Shown here piece by piece: positions 12,168-24,900 of a DNA stretch of 64,000 nt. Made by a program: the position numbers and the translations under genes. The stretch is taken from the NCBI RefSeq assembly GCF_963921235.1, contig NC_086108.1:71736001-71800000 (forward strand), written 5' to 3'. A model generated the notes under the pieces. That model saw only the letters and a program-made list of their open reading frames with translations, had not been told where the DNA came from and ran no database searches. Numbering within the stretch: the first letter of the stretch is position 1; every line of letters begins with the position of its first letter. Origin of the DNA: Mobula hypostoma. Taxonomy: Eukaryota.

Positions 12168-12547
12168 AAGTCTTACCCTGGTTGGTCCTCCTGAAGTGCA
12201 ACACCTCACACTTGTCTGCACTAAATGCCATCTGCCATTTTTCAGCTGGTCCAGATCCTGCTGTAAGCTTTAATAGTCTTCCTCACTGTCGACTACACTC
12301 CCAGTCTAGGTATCAGCTGCAAACATGCTGATCCATTTCACCACATCGGTTATGGTTAGGGAGGTGTGTGCTGACATTCCTGAGTACATCTGTACATGGA
12401 AGGAGGAGGGGCCAGAAACCAGTGGAGCGGATTTAGGTCAATAAATTTGCAGGGCATGATGGAATCCATCTCCGGATATTCAGGAATGAAAGGGAGCAGA
12501 ATTTTACACCTTCATTGGCCACAGTTGAAATACCAGGGGTCCAAGGA

Positions 12548-13000
12548 CAGAATCAGAATCTTTTTTTAAAATATCAGTGGTATATGTCATGAAATTTATT
12601 GTTTTGCATCAGCAATACATTGCACTACATTATAATAAACAAGATAAATTGTAATAAGAAAGAATATATGAAAATAAATTGACAGTGCAAAAAGAGAGGG
12701 AAAATAATGGGTAGTGTTTATGGATTTGTTGTCCATTCAGAACCTGATGGTGGAGGGGAAGAAGTTGTTCCGAAATGTTGAGTGTGTGTCTTCAGGCTCC
12801 TGCACCTCTTCCTTGATGGTAGCATTGAGGAGAGGGCATCTCCTGTGTGATGGGAGGGCCCTTAATGATGGCTGCATTTTTTTCCATTGCCTTTTAAAGG
12901 TGTCTTGATGTTGGGGAGGCTAGTGTTCACGAAGGATCTTGCTGAGTTTACAACTTTCTGCAGATCCTGTGCAGTGGCCTCTCCACATCAGACAAGTGTC
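12548..13000 (-). mobile_element. Rex1/Babar LINE 3' fragment
   Basis: aatcagaatc tail and reverse complement of the Rex 3' motifs seen at 775-1190. Confidence 0.65.
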
Positions 13001-13094
13001 ATCCCCTTGTTGAAACAAAACAAGTGGGTTGAATGTGCTGTGACATGTGGACAGGATGATGTGGATGCCCTGAGCCAAAAGGGATGTCTGGGCA

Positions 13095-14515
13095 TCCTAA
13101 GACTTTATTCTTTGGAATATATGACATTGGTGACGCTTACTTTGGAGTATTGTGTGCAGTTTTGGTCACCTAACTACAGAAAAGATGTAAATAAGATTGA
13201 AAGAGTGCAGAGAAAATTTACAAATTTACAAATTACCGGGACTTGAACACCTGGATGATAGGGAAAAGTTGAACAGGTTAGAACTTTATTTCCTAGAATG
13301 TAGATGAATAAGGGGAGATTAGATAGAGATGGATTGGTGTGAGAAGAACAACCTAAGTCTGAACGTAGAGAAGGCAGAGGAAATCATGGACTTCAGGGAG
13401 ATGTAGATGAACCACCCCCCCCCTCCCCCAGTGAATACATGGCTCCTCCATAGACAGAATTAAGTGCACCAAGTTCCTGGAAGTTCATATCATGGATGGC
13501 TTCATCTGGTCCCTTCATATCACCTCCCTGAACAAGAAGGCACAGCAGTGCCTCCACTTCCTAAGAAGATTGAGGCAAGCAAGGCTCCCTCTCTCATCTT
13601 AACTGTGTTTTACAGGAGCACCACTGAGATTGAGAGTTGCATCTCCATCTGGTAATGGGAACAGTTGAGCATTGGACCTGAAATCCCTATCAAGGACTGT
13701 GAGAACAGCTGAGAGGATCATAGGGGGTCTCTCTGCCGTCCATTAGGCACATTGATCAGGAGCACTGCGTATGCAGGGCCCTTAGTATTATTAAAGATCC
13801 CACTCATCCATCCAGCATCCTCCTTGACTTTCTACCATCAGGCAGGAGACTGTGATGCATAAAAACAAGAACAATCAGGAAGAAAAGTAGTTTCTTCCAC
13901 CAGGCCATTAGGACTCTGAACTCCCTGCCTCATTGTATTCAAACTGTCACTGATTAATCTGTTCTGTGCACAGTATTTAATATTAATACACTTTAGTTTG
14001 TTATTTATGTGTGATTCATCTGTAGGTTTTATCCTTGCCTTCATAAGTTATCGTGTGTTATGTGTACTACTGTGCCTTACACCCTGGTTTGGAGAAATGA
14101 TTCTATATTCATTATATACATGTGCATAGTTAAATGAAAATAAATTTCACTTGACTTGACTTGATACAAAATTATGTGAGGTATAGCTAGGGTAAATCCA
14201 AGCAGGCTTTTTCCACTGTGGTGACACTAGAACTAGAGGTCAGGGTTAAGGGTGAAAGGTGAAATGTTTAAGGGGAACGAGGGGGAGCTTCTTCACTCAG
14301 AGGGTGGTGAGAGTGTGGAACGAGCTGCCAGCGGAAGTGGTAGGTGCGGGTTTGATGGCAACATTTAAGAGAAGTTTGGATAGGTATAAGGATGAGAGGG
14401 ATATGGAGGGCTGTGGTATGGGGCAGGTCAGTGGGACTAAGCAGAATAATAGTTCAGCACGGATAGATGGGCCGAAATGCCTGTTTCTCTGCTGTAGTGT
14501 TTTATGGCTCTATCA
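13095..14515 (+). mobile_element. CR1 3' fragment interrupted by a Rex1/Babar 3' fragment (about 13325-14163)
   Basis: LEYCVQFWSPNYRKD and FFTQRVVRVWNELP flank the insert, which ends in (TTGAC)n. Confidence 0.8.
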
Positions 14516-15619
14516 TCCAGATGGTTGATAGAGATAACAAACAATAATCGACCAGCACTGATCCTGGTCCCTGCGGCATTCCACTAGTCATAGGCCTCTG
14601 GTCAGAGAGGCAACCATCTACAACCATTCTCTGGCTTCTCCCGCAAAGCCAACATCTAATGCAATTTACCACATCATCTGGAATTCTGGAATGTCAAGCA
14701 ACTGGACCTCTTGACCAACCTCTCATGCGGGACCTTGTCAAAAGCCTTGCTAAAGACCATGTAGGCAACATCCACTGCCTTGCCTTCATCAACTTTCCTG
14801 GTAACTTCCTCAAAGAGCTCTGTAAGATTGGTTAGACATAACCTACCATGCTCAAAGCCATGCTGCCAATGCCTAATCAATCCCTGTCTATCCAAATACT
14901 CATATATACGGTCTCTTACAATATCTTGCAGTAACTCTCCCACTACTAATGTCAGGCTCACTGGTCTATAATTTCCTGGTTATTCTTAGAGCTTTCTTAA
15001 ACAGCAGAACAAAATTGGCTCTCCTCCAATCCTCCCGTACCCCACCTGTTGCTAAGGATGATTTAAGTATCTCTGCTGGGGCCACTACATTTTCTGTACT
15101 TGCCTTCCACGGGGTCCTTGGAAATACCTTGTTATGTCCTGGGGATTTGTCCATCCTGATTTGCAAACACCACCTCCTCTGCAATCTGTAGAGGGTCCAT
15201 GACCTTGCTGCTGATTTCATTCACTTCTACAGGCTCCGTGTCTGTTTCCCAAGTGCATAAAATTTATTTTAGATCTCTCCCATCTGCTTTGGCTCTACAT
15301 ATAGGTTACCATTCTGATCTTTCAGAGAACCAATTTTGTCCCTTGCAATCCTTTTGCTCTTAACATATCTGTAGAATCTATTAGGATACTTCTTCACCTT
15401 GCCTTCTTCATACCCTTCAGATTTCTTTTTTACATTTCTTGTACTCCATAATCACCTCATTTGTTCCTACCTGCCTGTGCCTGCTATACAGCTCATTTTT
15501 TTTCTTAACCAGGGCCTCAATATCGCCCCAAAACCAGTATTTCTTAAAACTGTTATCCTCGCCTTTTATTCTGACAGGCACATCCATGCCTTGTACTTTC
15601 AAAATTTCACTTTTGAAGA

Positions 15620-16432
15620 AAACAGGAAACAAGTCCTGTGGACTGATGAAGTTAAAATAGAACTTTTTGGCTGCAATGAGCAAAGGTATGTTTGGAGAAA
15701 AAAGGGCGCAGAATTTCATGAAAAGAACCCCTTTCCAACTGTTAAGCACGGGGGGTGGATCGATCATGCTTTGGGCTTGTGTTGTAGCCAGTGGCATGGA
15801 GAACATTTCACTGGTAGAGGAAAGAATGAATTCAATTAAATACCAGCAAATTCTGGAAGCAAACATCACACTGTCTGTAAAAAAGCTGAAGATGAAAGGA
15901 GGACGGCTTCTACAACAGGATAGTGATCCTAAACACACCTCAAAATCCACAATGGACTACCTCAAGAGGTGCAAGCTGAAGGTCTTGCCATGGCCCTCAC
16001 AGTCCCCCGACCTAAACATCATTGAAAATCTGTGGATAGACCTCAAAAGAGCAGTGCATGCAAGATGGCCCAAGAATCTCACAGAACTAGAAGCCTTTTG
16101 CAAGGAAGAATGGGTGAAAATCCCCCAAACAAGAATTGAAAGACTCTTAGCTGGCTACAGAAAGCATTTACAAGCTGTGATACTTGCCAAAGGGGGTGAT
16201 ACTAAGTTCTGACCATGCAGGGTGCCCAAAATTTTGCTTTGGGCCCTTTTCCTTTTTTGTTATTTTGAAACTGTATAAGATGGAAATAAAAAAGTAATCT
16301 TGCTTAAAATATTAAAGAAAGGTGTCATCTTTAAATGTATGCTTTTTAGAAATCAGTTCATCTTTTACTCGCTTAGCTATTCACAGTAACAGAAATTTTG
16401 ACCCGGGGTGCCCAAACTTTTGCATGCTACTG
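15620..16432 (+). mobile_element. Tc1-family DNA transposon, 3' half (DD34E transposase with frameshift, right TIR)
   Basis: VLWTDE, QQDSDPKH-(34 aa)-E in WPSQSPDLNIIENLW, AKGG.TK; direct repeats ggtgcccaaa.ttttgc at 16221 and 16407; ends ...ctg|TA. Confidence 0.95.
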
Positions 16433-19400
16433 TACCTTTCTCTCTAATTATCTTGAAACTAATAGCATTATGATCACTAGATGCAAAGTGTTGCACTGCA
16501 CAAACTTTTTTCAGCTGCCTATCTCATCCCTTAATCGGAGATCAACGTTTGCACACTCTCTCATTGGGACTTCTATCTACTGATGAAGGAAATTTTCCTG
16601 AATGCATTTGACAAAAACCATATAGTCCTTTTATGGTATGGCAGTCCCAATAAATATGTGGAAAGTTTAAAATCACCTACTGTCATGACCTTATATTTCT
16701 TGTAAGTCTGTGATCTCTCTACAAATCTACTCCTCTAAATCCCACGGACTGTTGGGTGGTCTATAATATAGTCACGTTAATCCTCAGTTCCATCCATAAA
16801 GCCTCACTAGGCAAATTCTCCAGTCTATCCTGACTGAGTAATGCCACAACATTTTCCCTGACTAGTATTGCCACCTGTCCTCCTTTGATCCCTCCTGCTC
16901 TATCACATCTAAAACAATGGAACCCCAGAATATTGAGCTGTCAGTCCCACCCCTTCTTCAACTATGTGTTGATCCGTGCCCTGAGCTTATCTGCCTTTCC
17001 TACAATAATTCTTGTACTGAAATATATGCAGCTCAGAACATTAGTGCCACCATGCTCAACCTTTTGCTTCCCGACTTTGTCTGAGGTCTTAACATCTGCT
17101 TCCACAACCACTCTACTACAACTGGTGATGAGGCTCTGATTGGGGACTTTCAAAGCTTTGGGGAAAGTGGAGTTACCCCTTAGTCATTCATTGCTCCCAG
17201 GGCCGCTCTGACCCAGAACAGTAGTACCTGCAAGGGTTCCTGCTCAGGATTCGAGCAAAGGCCAACGGCAGATCCGGCAGGTTCAGTAACTGAACTTATG
17301 ACGGAGAAGGTGGATGAGTTAGGACCTCAAATGTCAACGGCTATAGTACAGGCGGATGAACATTTGGGAAGAGAAATGGTGATTTCTTTAGTTCACCGTT
17401 GCTAGATACTAGGTTTCCTAGAATCGATTTGCTAAGAAAACCATGGTCAAACTCACCAAATGTATCACACAACAACAGCGTCAAGAGGATCTTCAAGACA
17501 ATTCTGAAGATGCTTCGCTTGGTAGGGTTGATTCTAGGCAGCAGGGGATCCACGACCGTCATCAAGCTACTGCTCATAAAATTAAAGTAACACAAAAGAA
17601 AATTACTGCCACTTGGAATGTAAGAACCCTATATCAAGCGGGAAGATTAGACAATGTGATAAATGAAATGGAAAGACTAAAGATTAACATCATGGGAATT
17701 AGCGAAGTTCGTTGGATAGGTGCTGGAACATGTCAGAATAGAAATAAAACACTAATTTATTCTTATGGAACATCCCATACTAATGAATACTTATGGTTGA
17801 AAACGTGGCAAAAAATGCTTTAGGACATTGGGCAATATCAGAAAGAGTGCTCCTTTTTAGGTTCAGAGGACAACCATTTGAGTTAGCAATTATACAGGTA
17901 TATGCACCAACAACAGATGGAACAAATGAGGATAGAGATAAATTCTATGAAGAGCTTGAACAAGCAAAGAATGGATGCAAATCTCAAGATATTGTTATTG
18001 TCATGGGATATCTAAATGCTAAAGTAGGACAAGGTGCTGATGGAAATACCATAGGAAAATTTGGACTAGGGGAAAGAAATGAAAGAGGTGATAAATGGGT
18101 AGAATGGTGCAAGATGAATAATCAGGTCATTACGAATACCTACTTTAAAAACCATCCAAGTCGCTTGTAGATCTGGAAAAGTCCAGGTGATAACACCAGA
18201 AATCAAATTGACTTTATTACTATAAACCAAAGACCAAGAAACTCAGTGACTCAATGTAAAACATATCCAGGTGCAGACTGTAATAGTGACCATAACCCAG
18301 TAGTATGTCATGTAAAAGTAAAACTTAAAAAACTAAAGAAGCAAAAACCTGAACAATCCCTTGACGACTTGCAATTAGTTAAAGAAGAAAACTGAAGACA
18401 AAAATTTACAATTAAAGTAAGGACTAGATTTCAAAGTCTAGAACTAGAATCTGTTGAAGATGATAGCAATCATGTAGAAATGAAATTTAACTCTCTAAAG
18501 GATGCCTTGGTAGAATCAGCAAAGTCAGTGATTCCTAAAAAAGGAAAAAGCACAAAGAATAAATGGATGACAGATGAAATCAAAAATCTAATGGAAGAAA
18601 GGAGACAGAAGAAAGCCAATCCTATAGAATAGAAGTCCTTAGATAGAAAAGTTAAAAGCTTATGTCAAAAAGCCAAAGAAGAATGGTTAAACCAGGAATG
18701 TGAGCAAATAGAAAGAATCCCTATTACTGATCCAAAAAGGTTACATCAACAAATCAAGAATATCACTGGTAAAAAGCTCCTCTGTTCTTCAGGTGGATGT
18801 TTGAAAGCAACGGATGGTACCATTATCATGGAAAAAGATGAGATTATGAACAGGTGGACTGAGTATATTCAGGAATTGTTTGAAGACGATCGAGGCAAAA
18901 AACCAGAAACTAAGAAAAATATTGAAGGTCCAAGTATTTTAAAATCTGAAGTTCGTAATGCAAAAAATAATATGAAGAAAGGAAAGGCAGCAGGTCCTGA
19001 TGAATTTGTAATAGAACAAATTATTACCCTTGAAGATTATGGAATTGAAAAACTTACTGATTTAATCAATGACATTTATGAGACTGGAATAATACCAGAA
19101 AAGATGGAAAATATCAGTATTTATCACTCTTCCTAAGAAACCTGGAGCAAAAGAATGTGAATTAAATAGAACCATAAGTTTAATGAGTCATATCACCAAG
19201 ATACGTCTAAGAATTTTGATGACAAGAGCTAAAAGTAAGATACAAGCTGAGATAGGTAAAGAACAATGTGGTTTTGTGAAAGACAAAGGTACAAGAAACG
19301 TAATATTGATGTTAAGGATACTATCAGAACGAGCTATTCAAGTGCAAAAAGATTTGTTTGTTTTATCGACTACACAAAAGCATTTGATAAAGTGAAGCAC

Positions 19401-20363
19401 AATAAGTTATTTGAAATATTACAGAAAACTCTAGATTTAGATTCAAAAGACCTCTGCCTAATCAGAAATCTGTACTGGGAACAGACTGCCGCTGTAAGAA
19501 TAGATGGAGAAGTGAGTCAGTTTACGAAAATCAAGAGAGGCATTAGACAAGGGTATGTTTTCTCCTCTGATTTATTTAATGTGTACAGTGAAACAATATT
19601 ACAAAAAATAAGAGATATCTTGGGAATCAAAGTTGGCAGTGAAAACATCAATAATTTCAGATATGCAGATGTTACTGTGTTAATTGCAAGTACAGAGGAA
19701 GAACTACAAAACTTAATTGATATAGTTGTTGAAGAAAGTGCAAAAATGGGTCTATCTATCACTTGCAAAAAGACAATGTATGGTGATATCCAAAAAGAAG
19801 GAGAATCCTATCTGCAGGCTGAGAATAAACGAGGAAGACATAAAACAAGTACAGAACTTTTGCTACTTAGGAAGCTGGGTGAGATCAGATGGCAGGTGCG
19901 ACATGGACATCAAAAGAAGAATAGGGATGGCAAAAGACACCTTTACGAGAATGAAGAGTATACTGACCAGTACTAAACTAGGCATGACAACCCACCGCAG
20001 AGTACAGAAATGTTACGTTTATCCAGTTATGTTGTATGGCTCAGAATGTTGGACACATACCTAGTAACATGAGGAAATGAACTGAAGCAGCAGAGATGTG
20101 GTTTTTGAGGAGGATGCAAAGAATATCATGGATGAAATAAATATCTAACAAAGATGTCATGAACAGAGCAAACACAAAAAGAGAAATAATGTATGAGATC
20201 ACGAAAAGGCAACGTAACTTCATTGGACATGTGATTAGGAAAGAAGAGTTAGAATGCACGGTAATTATGGGAAAGATTGAAGGGAAGGAAGCACGAGGAA
20301 GACAAAGACAAATGATGATGGAGACAGCAGCCAGAGCATTGGAAATGAATACCAATGAACTGA

Positions 20364-20589
20364 GCAACACACATCAAAGTTGCTGGTGAACGCAGCAGGC
20401 CAGGCAGCATCTATAGGAAGAGGCGCAGTCGACGTTTCAGGCCGAGACCCTTCGTCAGTCCTGACGAAGGGTCTCGGCCTGAAACGTCGACTGCGCCTCT
20501 TCCTATAGATGCTGCCTGGCCTGCTGCGTTCACCAGCAACTTTGATGTGTGTTGCTTGAATTTCCAGCATCTGCAGAATTCCTGTTGTT
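20364..20589 (+). mobile_element. Perfect hairpin PLE terminal-repeat insertion with 14-bp TSD
   Basis: TSD taccaatgaactga at 20350-20363 and 20590-20603; arms 20364-20458 and 20461-20555 are exact reverse complements; ~34-nt tail. Confidence 0.95.
20456..20493 (+). ncRNA. Minimal type-I hammerhead ribozyme motif with intact core
   Basis: cagtc-CTGACGA-agggtctcggcct-GAAA-cg-TC^-gactg; 5-bp stem I; predicted cleavage after 20488. Confidence 0.85.
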
Positions 20590-21954
20590 TACCAATGAAC
20601 TGATCCACTTGACCGGAAACAGGAGTGTGTGGGCCATGGCAGTCAAAGATCAAACTGGGCACGGCACCTGATGATGATGATGATGATGCCTCAGGTTTCC
20701 ATCCCCCTGAAACTCTGGTTTAATCCTCTCAATGCAATAATAGCAAACCTTCCTGCTAGGATATTTGCCCCCTTCAGTTTAGGTGCACACTGCTTCTTCT
20801 GTACAAGTCCCACCTTCCCTGGAAGAGAGCCGAATGAACCAAAAATCTGTAGGCTCTCCTTCCTACACCAACTCCTGAACCATGTGTTAAACAGTATGAT
20901 CTTCCTACTTCTGGCCTCACTAGCACGTGGCATGGGTCGCAGTCCTGAGATCACAACCCTGGAGGGTTAACTTTGCATCTATCTCTCTGAACTCAGTTTG
21001 GACCTATATTGACAATGACCTTTGGCTGCTCATCCTCCCACTTAAGAATGCTAAGGACTCAATCCAAGATATCCAGGACCTTGGCTCATGGGAGGCAATG
21101 TACCATCTGGGAATCTTGTTCTTGTCCACACAACCTTCTTTCTGTTCCTCTTACTAACGAATCCCCTATCACCAGAGCATGCCTCTTCTTCACCCCTCCC
21201 TCTCTTCTAAGTCACAGAGCCAGACTCAGTGCCTGAGACCTGACTGCTGTGACTTTCCTCTGCTAAGTCATCCCTCTCAACAATATCCAAAGTGATTTAC
21301 CTGTTGTTGAGGGTTTCGGTCATGAGGAACACTGCACTGGCTGTTTAGCCCCTTTCACCGTCCTGACTGTCACCCAGTTTCCCGTGTCTTGCACCCTGGT
21401 TGTAACTACCTCTCTATATGTCCTTCATATCACCCCCTCAGCCTCCCCAGTGATCCAGAGTTCATCCAGTCCAGCTTCAACTCCTTAACACAGGTTGTTA
21501 GAAGCCGCAGCTGGATGCAGTTCTTGTAGTTGTAGATGTCAGGGATACTGGAGATCTCTCTGCCTTCCCACATCCTGCAAGAAGAGCATTCGACTATTCT
21601 GCCTGACGTCCCCACTGCTCTAACTACGATTATAAATAAGGAAGCAATAAATAAACTGAAAAAAATCTACCTACTGCTTTTTGCCTCTTCCTACTCAATC
21701 CTCTCCTTTCTGAAGCCGTGAATAGTTAAAACCACAAAATCCCAATTTTAACTCTGCCCTCTTGAACAAAGGCCGCTCTGCTTGCCACTGCCTTACTTTA
21801 ATTTGCACTTGCTAATGCGTCTGATCTCTGATTCGCTGAATGCTCTCATGAGGTGCTGATTTTTAATGCACACTGGCTGACCTCAGTGAGTCACTCCTCT
21901 CGCTTCCAATTTCAGATTCGCCACCGTTCAAGAACAGTGTGCATTGTCGCCGCA

Positions 21955-24900
21955 GGCTTCAATGCAGTCACCCTCATTCCCATGCCCGAGAGAGTGACAG
22001 TAGTTGCCTAAATAATTAACTTCAACAATCATGAAGTCTTTTGAGCAGCTGGTAATGGATCATATAAAATCGCACCTTTCAGCTACATTGGATCCCTTCC
22101 AGTTCGCCTACCGCTCAAACCGGTTCACTGATGACGCCACATCATCGGCCCTCCACTCCGTCCTGTCCCCCCCAGAAAACAATGCCTCATATGGCAGGAC
22201 GTTGCTCGTTGACTTCAGCTCGGTGTTTAACACAATCATTCCTCAGAGGCTGGTGAGTGAACTGTGCTCAGGACACAATGCCCTCTCTGTAACTGGATCT
22301 TTGACTTCGTAATGGAATGACCCTGGTCAGTCCAAGTTGACAGCAACATCTCAAGCTCCATCACACTGAGCACTGGTGCCCCCCAGGGTTGTGCGCTCAG
22401 TCCGCTGCTGTTTCTACTGCTGACTCACAGCTGCTCTGTCAGATTTAGCTCAAACTGCATCAGGTTCGCTGATGATACCACAGTGGCTGGCCTCATTGGG
22501 AACTTTGAGGAGTCACCATATAGAGAGGAGGTAGAGAGGCTTGTCAAATAGACCGTAAGACCATAAGACATAGGAGCAGAATTAAGCCATCTGGCACATC
22601 GGGTCTGCTCCACCATTCAATCAAAGCTGATCCTTTTTTTCTCTCCTCAGTCCCAGTTTCTGCCCTTCTCCCTGTAACCTTTGATGTCATGTCCAATCAA
22701 GAACCTATCAATCTCTGCCTTAAATACACCCAGCAACCTGGCCACCACAGCTGTATGTGACAACAAATTCCACAAATTCACCACCATTTGGCTAAACAAA
22801 AATTCTTCGCATCTCTGTCTTGAAAGGGCGCCCCTCTATCCTGAGGCTGTGCCCTCTTGTTCCAGACTCTCCCATCATGGGAACATCCTTTCCACATCTA
22901 CTCTGACTAGGCCTTTCAACATTCAAAAGGTTCTATGAGATACCCCTCATCCTTCTGAATTCCAGTGAGTACAGACCCAGAGCCATTAAACGTTCCTCGT
23001 ATAATAACCCATTCATTCCTGGAATCATCCTTGTGAACCTCCTCTGGACCCTCTCCACTGCCAGCACATCTTTTCTAAGTTGAGGGGCCCAAAACTGTTC
23101 ACAATACTCAAGGTGAGGCCTCACCAGTGCCTTATAAATCCTCAGCATCACATCCCTGCTCTTGTATTCTAGACCTCTTAATATGAATGCCAACATGGCA
23201 ATTGCCTTCCTCACCACCGATTCAACCTGCAAGTTAACCTTTAGGATGTTCTGCACAAGGACTCCCAAGTCCCTTTGCATCTCAGACTTGGATTTTCTCC
23301 CCATTTAGAAAATAGCCAGCACATTTCTTTCCACTACCAAAGTGGATGACCATGCACTTTCCAGCATTGTATTTCATTCAGCCAATGCTCTAACCATGTT
23401 AGTAACTTTCCTGTAATCCCATGGGCTCTTAATGGTAAGCAGCCTCATGTGTGGTACCTTGTCAAAGGACTTCTGACAGTCCAAATATACAACATCCACT
23501 ATATCCCCTTTATCTATCCTACTTATAATCTCCTCAGAGAATTCCAACATGTTTGTCTGGCAGAATTTTCCCTGAAGGAAACCATGCTGACTTTGTACTA
23601 CCTTGTCCTGTGTCACCAAGTACTCCATCACCTCATCCTTAATAATAGACTCTAACATCTTCCCAACCACTGAGGTCAGGCTAACTGGTTTATAATTTCC
23701 TTTCTGCTGCCGTCCTCCTTTCTTAAATAGTGGAGTGACATGTGTAATTTTCCAGTCCTCTGGCACCATGCGGTGTCCAATGATTTTTGAAAGATCATTT
23801 CTAATGCCACCATAATCTCTAACGCTGCCTCTTTCAGAACCCTAGGGTGCAGTTCATCTGGTCCGGGTGACTTATGTATCCTTAGGTCTTTTAGCTTTTT
23901 GTGCACCTTCTCTCTTGTAATGGTAACTGCACTCACTTCTCTTCCTTCACACACTACAGCATCAGGCATACTGCTAGTGTCTCCCACTGTGAAGACTGAT
24001 GCAAAATACTAATTTAGTTCATCAGCCATCTCCTTACCCCATTATTATTTCTGCTGCCTCATTTCTAGTGGTGCAATATCCACTCAAATTTCTTTTTTGT
24101 TTTAAAATACTTGAAAAAACTTTTACTGTCTACTTTGATATTATTTGCTAACTTGCTTTCTTCTTTTCCCTTCAAATGATTTTTTTTAGTTGCTTTCTGT
24201 AAGTCTTTAAATTTTCCCAATTCTCTATCTTACCACTAATTTTTGCTTTGTTGTATGCCCTTTCTTTTGCTTTTACAATAGCTTTGACTTCTCTTGTCAG
24301 CCACGATTGTACTATTTTACCATTTGAGTATTTCTTCATTTTTTGAATACATAAGTCCTGCACTTTCCTCATTTTTTCCCAGAAACGCACGCCATTGCTG
24401 CTCTGCTGACATCCCTGCCAGCAGCTCCTTCCAATTTACTTTGGCCAACTCCTCTCTCCTACCACTGAATTTCCCTTACTCCACTGAAATACTGCTACGT
24501 CAGACTTTACTTTCTCCCTATCAAATATCAAGTTGAACTCAATCTTATTGTGATTACAGGGCTCTTTTATCTTAAGCTCCCTAATCACCTCCAGTTCATT
24601 ACACAACACCCAATCCAGTATAGCTGATTACCTTGAAGGCTCAATGACAAACTGCTCTAAAAAGCCATCTCTCAGGTAAGAACAACAACCTGAGTCTCAA
24701 TTTTGACGAGACAAATGAGATGATTGTGGATTTCATGAAGGTACAGGTTGACCACTCTCCATTACACATCAATGACTCTGCCATGGAGAGAGTGAAGAGC
24801 ACAAAGATTCTTGGTTTGTATATAACAGATGATATAATCTGAACCCACAATATCTCCTCACTAGTTAAGAAGGCACAGCAGTGACTACACTTTCTGATGA

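Larger units (their letters stand above)
17126..20688 (+). mobile_element. Near full-length RTE-clade LINE with stops and frameshifts
   Basis: ATWNVRTL, GISEVRW, IIQVYAPT, SDH, EQCGF, FIDYTKAFDKV, GIRQG, FRYAD, YGSECW; (GAT)n tail. Confidence 0.95.
14535..21900 (-). mobile_element. Decayed CR1 LINE (ORF1 to RT) hosting Tc1 and RTE insertions
   Basis: RT motifs 14674-15220; APE remnants 16440-17110; ORF1 esterase end 20691-20954; ORF1 zinc finger CSSCRMWE 21430-21615. Confidence 0.85.

Noticed and set aside
15417..15950. 177-aa minus-strand ORF
   Set aside because: Antisense of the Tc1 transposase running into a CR1 fragment
20426..20465. Second complete hammerhead on the minus strand
   Set aside because: Core is present but the 5' strand of stem I is lost at the fold-back junction; the plus-strand core at 7911 has the same defect
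20364..20589. DNA-transposon MITE or miRNA gene
   Set aside because: Asymmetric tail, 13-14 bp TSDs, variable fold-back junctions and homology to PLE termini point to PLE retrotransposition
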